This document shows, one piece after another, positions 17,101-26,000 of a stretch of 55,660 nt of DNA (positions are counted from its first letter, which is position 1; every line of letters begins with the position of its first letter). The notes below the pieces were generated by a model that was not told where the DNA came from, made no database searches, and was given only the letters and a program-made list of their open reading frames with translations. The translations under genes and the position numbers were made by a program. Source of the stretch: a virus. Its lineage: Duplodnaviria > Caudoviricetes. Where the stretch lies: IMG/VR virus record IMGVR_UViG_3300031578_006468, positions 1 to 55,660 of that record; one strand, written 5' to 3'.

Positions 17101-19628
17101 TCAACGATTGTACGTCATATGATTGGTATAATGTTGTAAATGCAGCTGCCCAATGTACAATGCCTATATCAGAAGGTAACGAGGCGGTAGCGCAGATGGG
17201 TGAAGGTGCTTGGAGGTATTGTCTTCCAGAAGAATATAGAGCAACGACTTCCATGGGTGGTAGTCAGTGGGCCGCAGCTTGTGCTACATCTTTTTATTTC
17301 CACTACAGTAAAGCATCGAGAGAAAGTGTTAGATTCACCGGTTCTGGTAGAAAAAGGGCTAAGATAGATGAGAATGAATATCAATTTAAGAAATGGACAC
17401 TGCCTCCCTTCGGAAATTCTGGTAGAGAGATGGTTGAAAGATATTTAATAAGAGATTATATATCTTTTATAGACTTATCTAGCCCCCACCCAGTTACAAA
17501 AAAAGAATATATGCCGATGGTTTTTGATATGGAAGATTTAATATCAGATGTTAATTGTTTTGTTAATGTGGATATTTTTTCTCCTTTAAATGAACCCTTT
17601 ATGGGTTTTTCTATGATAAATAATTACTTATCTGAAACTATCAATGAGAGCATGTCTTCAGAAAGGTATAGGTTTGATGATATAATTGATCCAGTTCGTC
17701 ATAATAGCTGTATGTATCCTTATCCCTTGGAAATTTTTGGGGGTGGGTTTTCTACTTCAAGATATAGTTTTAAAAATGAAAATCATATTTGGGCTTGGCA
17801 AGAATACTGGAAAAATATAGAACGCAACATTGACAGTACTTTAGAACAATTTAGATTTTTAGATTTATTAAGACCGTTATATTATTTCGATGCTAAAAAA
17901 ATTGAACATAGGTTTATTACAAGTGAGGGGGAACACACTATAACATTTAAACCACCAGAGTTTGAAGAAGACGAAGATGGTAATGTAAACATGAGTACCT
18001 ATCCTTGTATACAACTTGATAATGGAGAACCTAGATTTTTTGAACTAGTTTATACTAGTTATTCTGAAGAGAATGTAACGTGGATGGATGAATCTTCTGG
18101 GGGTTTTGTTGGTGGCTCTGGAGGCGATGGTGAAGGCGGCGAAGGTTCAGACCAGGGAGGTATATATGAGGAAGCTAATAATGGGCCTACTGAGAATGGT
18201 TTTACGGGTGGGAATGATCCACAGTGGTGTCATGATTTCAACACATTATTTGATAGTACAGCCATATATGGAGTAAGTGAGGAAAGATCTTTTTATATGG
18301 GCCAAGGAGATTTTGGAGGGGAAATATATGTTTATTATAATAGAGGACTTATAACAAATATTCCTAGAAACAGACTTGGATACTTACCAATGGATGTAAC
18401 ATATAACATAGAGGCCTCTATAGTTACTATAAGTGAAGATAATTCTACTATAATAGCTTATTGGAACATGGAAGATGTAGATACTATACCGGTAACTATA
18501 AATGTTGAAGGTATTTGGGGAATTAGTATGGGCAAAGTTTTTTCTAGGCCTGCTTTGTTGGCCAAAGAATCAAATCAACCTATGAATGGTGATGGTACTG
18601 TGTGGCCAGTGGGAGGAGACCTTATAGGTACTCTTAAATATAAGTCTGGTCAGCAAATGCCTGTGGCTAACTACAGTATAGATTTTGATTTGTCAAGATT
18701 ACCAGATAGAATGTTGAAAGATTTAAACTATTTTATAGTTCAGATTTCGGCTGCTCCAGGTCAAGAAATTAATGTTACAAGTATATCAGCCGATATGGCT
18801 AAGTATATAGAGGCAACAGAAACTATAAAAGTTTGGGAAAGAAAATATTTCGCTGGGCAAACTTCTTCTAGTTTAATTAATGCTGATGGCCCAAATTCAA
18901 GTCTTTATCGTACCCACGATTGGGATAGGAAGAATGCAGGGCAATATTTTCCCAATGAAAATATAACTCTTACTGAAGGTAACTATATATCTAAGCTTAA
19001 TATGGTAAGTTGTGGTGATCTATATCAGCATGATGAGAATATAGAATTAACTATAACTAATTTAAAGAAGCAAGAGTTGGAAGTTCAGAGAGAGTTATAT
19101 GAAGACGCGTATAACAGAGACTCGTATGATACTTTAAATTTTGTAGGAGTAATCCCCCCACTTATTAGAGACTGGTTTGTTAAAACTGGTGCATATTTAA
19201 GTAGAGCATCTAGATTAACATTAACATACGGAAAAATAAACTGGGATAGTAACAGTGTACAAGCGTCTTTACATCAAGAGGCTGACTTTTTTATGCCGGG
19301 CGGTCATTACTTCGCATGGTCTGAACATGGTTTTAGAACTAGGTGCTACATTTTAGGACCTGTAATGACTGTCTATGAAGTTGATTGGGTGCATTATAAA
19401 CATGGTGGAAAAGAGTCTACTTTAGATGCCGGCCATGCTTATGCCGGCTGGGGTAGACTAGAGTATTACGAGGGCAGACTTTGGCAAATGGGTCTTTCTG
19501 ATACTCCTTGGGATACTAGTGGTCATGATTTACTAACGCAATCTCAAGGTACAATATATGGTGGTTTTGGAGATCAAGCCGGCGGCCAGATGGACACCGC
19601 CCTGGGAGATCCACTAGCTTATGGATAG
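14121..19628 (+). CDS. Giant cysteine-rich putative virion protein (1835 aa)
   Basis: Uninterrupted ORF after an AGGAG RBS. Dense Cys clusters in the N-terminal third and around aa 970-1060, and an acidic Gly-rich linker near aa 1330. Confidence 0.6.
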   Translation: MAINVADLIKEWWNKYQPDPRANYDLVVSTTREQLDTEGIIKYPGGVTQKVTNSNLQTGACQYWVKGLPAVCTNWNGQTLICTAEFTDIVDKPSGYGLGKCDMLGRRDWCSKYTAAAPENLEEFVCVAPCIEKSGLGRQEENEFGSLSYRPFLPSEIRGYNADEAGVGRCDGWGMGRSDQGPYLLVEDIYTDRPICRHYRPQQMGFGAIQPRPYPGSTTPGKPFDPAVNRLPTTLEELHDGSPSDPLVRATIRLPHAFQIYNSRAMYQKCAYWDADLPSFFEIDKYGGDPINDIINLDEDIFCICTEGELCDPYRNVAEVWPPGVPYVLSSVWAGYGGIICNGAKPECPCYTGKWIYCNDNNMRDGMRVTADQVYELRFWASNWSSQDEYDNYYLTKPGRTENSYADESTSDIYTFTEWEKFDGTNPNQSTMRGKKHHMCMPAPLNMRWFDPSIYITKELVTYPKIGTNTGTNVQNSGVSFPTLVRELEDPKDFVPDIFIVYPYMTTDPWDTVVCDDSDKPDYCFHDSNVMSDTYITFAGHTTSSKMVYVLNSELCQSLKGSKAKEYFDSYTRATQILGTVWADYNESVEKLLENCIEENVGIDKVVSNESGVFILDNVELKPNSENRFYVICRYFEDDFPYYTFRKIRVIDRYWGALITQTSAIHSRGDGVVWVDSFPSYFLPGVDIVGNVSSTLGIVSTVFSTYALYVYSLTAGNKAYYSYCINEYEEEDSDVVHWCQIGPTGYIWAELDNIQISYLWSLTIVDAYMELRSGDNTSVNLCGSTDNKVQLTLVFPESGVSAEEASMQRLSIPPDAIILKSENPMAFFNRDWKLVVSYKYKRLETFTNEFTIWPTNMTGDNPSNNFVESPYTIEHEEDSSTFSINNAGGIASKGTVKVMAYIVDEAGRVQTAAATKMLMQGCELLCRSVDIRYKYSADAIKYDLEPSRGFFTWRGPPTVNQSSGDGAIHTYKNKCGDHDCNDPYNCIGPVWFPFNDCTSYDWYNVVNAAAQCTMPISEGNEAVAQMGEGAWRYCLPEEYRATTSMGGSQWAAACATSFYFHYSKASRESVRFTGSGRKRAKIDENEYQFKKWTLPPFGNSGREMVERYLIRDYISFIDLSSPHPVTKKEYMPMVFDMEDLISDVNCFVNVDIFSPLNEPFMGFSMINNYLSETINESMSSERYRFDDIIDPVRHNSCMYPYPLEIFGGGFSTSRYSFKNENHIWAWQEYWKNIERNIDSTLEQFRFLDLLRPLYYFDAKKIEHRFITSEGEHTITFKPPEFEEDEDGNVNMSTYPCIQLDNGEPRFFELVYTSYSEENVTWMDESSGGFVGGSGGDGEGGEGSDQGGIYEEANNGPTENGFTGGNDPQWCHDFNTLFDSTAIYGVSEERSFYMGQGDFGGEIYVYYNRGLITNIPRNRLGYLPMDVTYNIEASIVTISEDNSTIIAYWNMEDVDTIPVTINVEGIWGISMGKVFSRPALLAKESNQPMNGDGTVWPVGGDLIGTLKYKSGQQMPVANYSIDFDLSRLPDRMLKDLNYFIVQISAAPGQEINVTSISADMAKYIEATETIKVWERKYFAGQTSSSLINADGPNSSLYRTHDWDRKNAGQYFPNENITLTEGNYISKLNMVSCGDLYQHDENIELTITNLKKQELEVQRELYEDAYNRDSYDTLNFVGVIPPLIRDWFVKTGAYLSRASRLTLTYGKINWDSNSVQASLHQEADFFMPGGHYFAWSEHGFRTRCYILGPVMTVYEVDWVHYKHGGKESTLDAGHAYAGWGRLEYYEGRLWQMGLSDTPWDTSGHDLLTQSQGTIYGGFGDQAGGQMDTALGDPLAYG

Positions 19629-20022
19629 TTTATTATATGACTTTATAAAATGTGATGATTGTGGCCAACAATTAGAACTTGACCCATCAAGCACTATGAA
19701 TGACTACCTAGAATACTTACCTTTAAATACTATAAATCTAAGTGATAGTGTGGATTCTATAATAGGAAGATATTTAGTGTATAAATGTTCATCATGTAAT
19801 AGTATTTATAAATTTACTTATAAAGAGATAGAGAAAGAATTACGTAAAAGAATAACTGAAAAACTTTTAATGCTTATGGCCAGATCTGTTTTAACAAAAA
19901 ACATATCGTTACATGATAAGTTTTTTATATATTGTGGTAAATGTGGTGGAGTAGATGGTTCCGGTAGTTGTACAATATCTGTATTTAATAACTGTGATAT
20001 AAAAAGGTTTCCATTACAATGA
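19621..20022 (+). CDS. Multi-CxxC zinc-binding protein
   Basis: CDDC, CSSC and CGKC, plus two further Cys. Overlaps both neighbours (translational coupling). Confidence 0.65.
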   Translation: MDSLLYDFIKCDDCGQQLELDPSSTMNDYLEYLPLNTINLSDSVDSIIGRYLVYKCSSCNSIYKFTYKEIEKELRKRITEKLLMLMARSVLTKNISLHDKFFIYCGKCGGVDGSGSCTISVFNNCDIKRFPLQ

Positions 20023-23000
20023 GTTATAATGTTCTAAATTTTGATGGTAAAGTTGTTTCATCTAACAGGTGCCTACATGACTCAAACATAGGTTATGAGG
20101 TTGATTTTTCTGTTAATGGTGAGGTTGACGGATGGGTTTATTTTAATGGTATTCATACTTATGGTTGTTGGAATAACTTTTTGTTTGGGACATTATATGA
20201 CACACAAGCTGTTATTGGCCGCCATGAACCATTTGTACCAACTGCTGCCGACAGTTTTTATGTTATAAGGCTTGTTATGAAGTTAGTTTTAAAGGAGAGG
20301 GTTGGGGTACAGATTGTACCGTCTACTGGAAGAGTAGCTTGGAGAACATTAAGCAACCCATTGTGGGCTAATGATAAGCAGTATGATTTTGAAATATTTA
20401 ATGATGGTGAGTGGCATACTTATTTCATAAACTTAGCTGGAGAGCAGTGGTGGCAAGGAGATGTAAATGACCTTAGAATTTATCCTATTCTGGAAAATGG
20501 TGTAAGTGGTGATGAATTCTATATAAGAACTCTTGAAATTATCTCTACAGAAAATTATAAGTGTCTAAAAGTATCATGTGATTATTATGATTATTATACA
20601 CAGGATTGTGGTGGGATAGGTGAGAGAGGTTATTGTAAATCACGTCAATTACCAGCATATACTGACCAAGGTAATGTTTTTTCATTTGCAGAAACAAAAC
20701 TATATAGTGTTGTTGAAGGAGTCAATGACACCTTACTTGTAAATATAAATGGTTATGGTTTAGAAAATATTGTATTAGAGCCTATAAGTAGTTGCTCTGG
20801 AAACCGCATGGCTAGGATTTTGACAAAAGAAATATCCAAACTAGATGTTGGTGGGTATGCTGAATGTGATGTTGAGTATACTGATATGGGAGAATTTATA
20901 ATATACTCTGGAGTTTATGCTGACGATAGCACAGTTTCTATTGGAGATACCCAGTTAGCCAGAGATTTAAGCTTTTTTGATGATACCGGAACATATATAT
21001 TTACAAGACAAAGCGGTAGGTACCCAGCATCTGGGTTTATCCCTTACTCCTCATTCAAAATTAAATCCCATCAAATACAAACTTTATTAGATTCTAGTTC
21101 GGATACTGAATTTTATTTTAATCCTTTTATTTACAACGTGGAAGGAGGCCGCCGTGATTGGTTGAATATGGGTCTTGGCGCCCCTACTAAAGATATGAGA
21201 GCCAGTGTAAATGATGATAGTGGACTAGTTAATAGATATTATAATCAGATAAATAATGCTGGAAAAACTATAATTGATTTTACTCACCCATTTAATGCTA
21301 GTGGTAGAATAACTAAAATTTATGCTGCTGTTACTTTAGACACTTTTACGTCCGGCGATTGGGAACAACGCGATACATATGATGAGAATAGAAAAGAAAC
21401 ACAGCTTTCTACAGCTAAGATTATGTTTTTTAGGCCAAAAAAAGATGGTAGTATTAGAGTCCTACCGTTTGAGCTAGATATATTGGATAGAAACCACACC
21501 GCCGGCAAGCTTTATTCTGCAGTTCAGGAATATGTAGAAATGGATTGTGATATTTTTGTAAACAAAGGCGACCTAATAGGAATTTACAATGCTAATGTTT
21601 ATAAAGGCAGGTCAATTTCTGGTAAAGAGGTTGATGCTCTTTATTATCATATTAATGGTAAAGCAGTTGGGGTTTTAGATTTAGATACCCCTACTGGCCA
21701 AGGCTCTGGTGGGTTGCTATTGTACGCTTGTAGTGAGCAAAAACAAAATAGACTGGTACTAGATGTTGACCTTGGTAAGAGAGTCAACGTTAGAAGTGTG
21801 AAGATAGACGGGGAATCAACTGAAGAATTTTTGGATTATAATATAGCTAGATGTTTAGATATGGATTGGGAAGTAGATTTGTTTGGGGGTGACCATACTA
21901 CTGGTTATATAGTTACATATAGGCCTTTAGTTAAGGCTTATTACAATCATCCCAACCTGTATTACGGTAAGAATTGCTTAAATGATGGTATAAAAGTAGT
22001 CTCTGATGGTATATCAGCCGATAGTTTTAGTGTTAATTATGGTAATAGCGAGTCTGGCTATTACAATGTATTACACCAAAAAGACGGTGGTAAAGGGGTA
22101 GTACCAGTCGGAGCTAAATATTTTCAGGTAAATGGTGATTGTGAGTGGATAGGTGTATATCTACATGCTGGAAAAAGCGGCCCGTTTGTTATGCCGGATT
22201 TTCAAGATGATCCTATAGCTTTTACAATATTTTTTCCTTTTGGTAAGGAAAAACTTATATACAAGTCTAAAATATACTTTAAGGAAAGGTATAATTTCAG
22301 AAGTTTTGGGTTGTCAACATATAAAGGGAGTTACTATGTAAATGGTAATGCTGACGATCCCAGATTTGAGTATATTCCTTATAGAACTGATGGAACTAAT
22401 ACTCCTTGGACTAGAATTTCCTTAGATGGTCTTGATTATTTTCCAGAGGATGTTAATGCTTGGGCAGATTTGAACTTATACTTGGCCGACAATCCGTGTA
22501 AAGGTCATGTCGAGATAGAGACCGTAAGGGTAGATATACATAAATATGACTATGCTTTAGATTACTTTAGTGATTATGCTTATGAATTTTCTTCTACCAT
22601 AAGGATAACTAACAACGATCAGTTTACACAAGCCACTGCTGTAGATTGGAATACATTAGAACATCAATGGGAACCTTTGCCTACCTCAGGATTTAGATTT
22701 TACTGTAATCATCATCAATCTACAAAAATATGTGAATTTGAAGTTTTTTGCGTAGCTGAAAACATTGAGTCTTCAATAGCTGGCTCCATAGATGTGGCAT
22801 TTTCATCTTATGGTGATTATTGGTGGCCAACAAAGTACTCAAGTACTAGGAATAGTATAACTGCTTTTATAGGGGATACTCCTAGATACATAAATATAGT
22901 TGTAAAACCAATAACGGAGATTAATTTAAAAGATATATTTATAGACGTTAGCTACGAAGATGTTTTTATGGGGGATAAAGGTTGTCAATACTCTTTTTTT

Positions 23001-26000
23001 CCTGAGGAAACTAAGTTGGGTGTTGATAATTTACCACAACTAGTTAATTTTAAAAATGTCTATGGAAAACCACACAATTTATTTGTAGATATAGTTAATA
23101 ATTTGTTGCTTGATAGTGGTGCTGTATTTTTTAGTAAAATGAATAGCGGCCTGTCAATTGTTAATCCTGAGATAGGTGCTGATGCTTATTATAAAAAACA
23201 ACCAAACTATCCTGTGCTTAATTATGAAAGTAATGTTGCTATAAATTGCCCAGTATACTCTTTAAAAAATTTAGCAGTTGGTGCGGAGGCGTGGTTTTCT
23301 CATAATAAAGAGTATTCTTGGAGATATTGGGGCCAACTAGTTGATGGTAAAGATATAAATTTTTCTAATGTACCAAATACCAGAATTACTACAATGAATG
23401 TCCCAACGTTGATTAGAAGTAAGTGGTGGAAAGTTGGGGTTTTTGATCCAAGAGTGTCCTCCAAAATAAGAGAAATGCGAATTTATTTTCAAGGTGAAGA
23501 GATACTAGGTGTAAATTTTTATCATAGTAAAGGCCAAGACGCCTATAATTATCCAAACGAGGATACTGCTGTACATTTGAATAATATATTGGTTGATGGT
23601 AGTTATTATGTTATGACTGGTAATCAGTATATAGGGTTTGAGTTGCCTTCTATACAATCATTTGATCAGATAGTGATGTACCACGACTCTTTACTTGAAT
23701 ATGAGAATTCACATGCAAAAGCTGGAGTTGACAGCTCAACAATGCTTCTTATACAAGGGGATGGTGATACTTACCAAACCAACACTATAGTTGATTATAG
23801 TTATTATGAGCATGCAGTGTCAATAGTTGGAAACGGTATATACTGTGATGAGGAAGTATATGATGTAGGGAATTATACATTCAATAGAACTTTTGATAGT
23901 TCTGAAGCAGAAATTGTATCTGATGATTTTACAACATTTAGTGGTACAATTTGGACAAGTCTTATAAATACAACCATAGTAGATGGTAAGTTAAACGTAA
24001 CTAATAATACACAAGCTGGCCAGGCGGTTACAAATGATTATTTTTATGATAATTTTGATGTAACAATAGACTTAAATATAGAAGGAATAATAGATGATGA
24101 GGGCTGGGCCTGCCAAATGGAACTAGTTACTGCTAGTGGAACTAAAGCTAGAGTAGGTAGGAAATATACATCAGATAATACTGTTCAATTATTCTTTTCT
24201 AGTGTGTTTGATGGTATTATTTGGGAAGAGTTAGAGACTTATATTACCAATGATTTTTATGCATTAAAGCTTAGAATTTTACGTGACGGACTAATAACTT
24301 ATTTTTATGGTTGGGATAATGATGTTTTTTGGATATTTTTAGGAAGCTCCGAGGTATTAGGAACATCCCCCGTCAAAGTTAGACTAGTGTCTGATTATAT
24401 TGCACCTACTTCTGGGGTGACTACTGCAAGATTCGACAATTTTTATTTAATTAATACAGCACGGTGGCACGAAGAGTCAAACTATGGCTCAACTTTTACA
24501 TGTGTAAGTGGTACTTATCCTAATGGTTGGGCTTATTACTATGATATAGGGTGTTCAAATCGTAGTAATGACTCTGGCTATAAGACGCCAAAAGTATTTG
24601 AGGTTCAAGATTATCCAATAGACCATAAGTATACTTTTAATATGGAGTTTGTTTTAAATGTAGATAACTTTAAAAATAGTTCTGGCACAGAGTTAGATTA
24701 TTATAGTGATATTGGTATAGCTGTGGGTATTTTTGGACATCACATAGCTACTTATGGATATTTTCCATATCAAAGATATTTTACTGGCGCCCAGGTTTAT
24801 TTTTGCCCGACTAGAGTAGGTATAGCTATAAAAAATGATTGGAATAATCTCAGTGAAACTTATGTAGCACTTGAGCCCAGAGATGGTCCTTATTATTGTA
24901 GGTTTACCGGTGACGGTAATGGTAATTATAGTTGTTATGTGTGGACAGATGCGTTGGATGGGGCAAATCAAGTAGCTAATTTTTCTTTAACTAGTTCTTA
25001 CTTTTGGCAAGGAGTTAGAGTAGGTATTGGTAGTTGTTATTCTTATGTAACTTATACTGCTGTACCTCATGCTCTTGGTTGGATATCTGATTTAAACTTT
25101 ACATGTAATAAAGTTTTGGGTACGGTGTTCGGACAAAGTGCTATAAGATTTAATGCAGTTCCAGATGAAAAAATTTTAGTTGATTATGACAACAACCCAA
25201 ATTGTAATATATTTAAAGATGGTTTTGATTTTGATACTAAAAGATTTACTATAGATTTCTACATAAAGTTTGCTACTTTATTAAACGATAGTAGTTTTAC
25301 TCCTATACATATAATTAAAAGTTGGCATGAAGACCAGATATTTAGTGTTGGTACTCCTATACAGTACCCATCCTCTTGGATTTTTACTATAGAAAGAACG
25401 GATTATTTAACATACTATTGGAGATTTTATGTTAACGTTGGTGGTTATTGTAGAAGGGTAGTAAACTACTCTTTTACTCCAGAAATGCATAGGTGGTATC
25501 ATTTTTATCTCTGTAGAGGGCCGGCCAACGGTCAAATTGCTGATGTAGTATTATTGAGAGATGGTCATCAGATTTTTTATACTAATGATGACACTCAGCT
25601 GGCTCAAGAAATACTTTATTCTGGCCAGGATGTTTCTATAGGGCAGAATCTAGATGGTTGGCTAAGGGAAGTTAGAGTGTCTTCTGACTATACGCTTGGT
25701 GGTGGTCGCTGTGAAACTTCTAATACTAACTATTTTACAACCGCCAAATCAATACCTACAGCCCCATATGAGCATTATTATACATTATCTTTTTTTGAAA
25801 GTACAGATAATATACATTATGGTAAGGTTATGGATGTAGATGTTTTATTCGATAACAGTTATAGTTATCATGAAGAGTTTAGTGTTTGGAGTGAAAATTA
25901 TTATTCATACTTTGCTATAGACTTAGGCCAACGTTTTAATTTGGGGTTAGTTAGAAGCTACCCAGTAGATACAGCATTAGCTTTTTCAATTAATAGTAAT

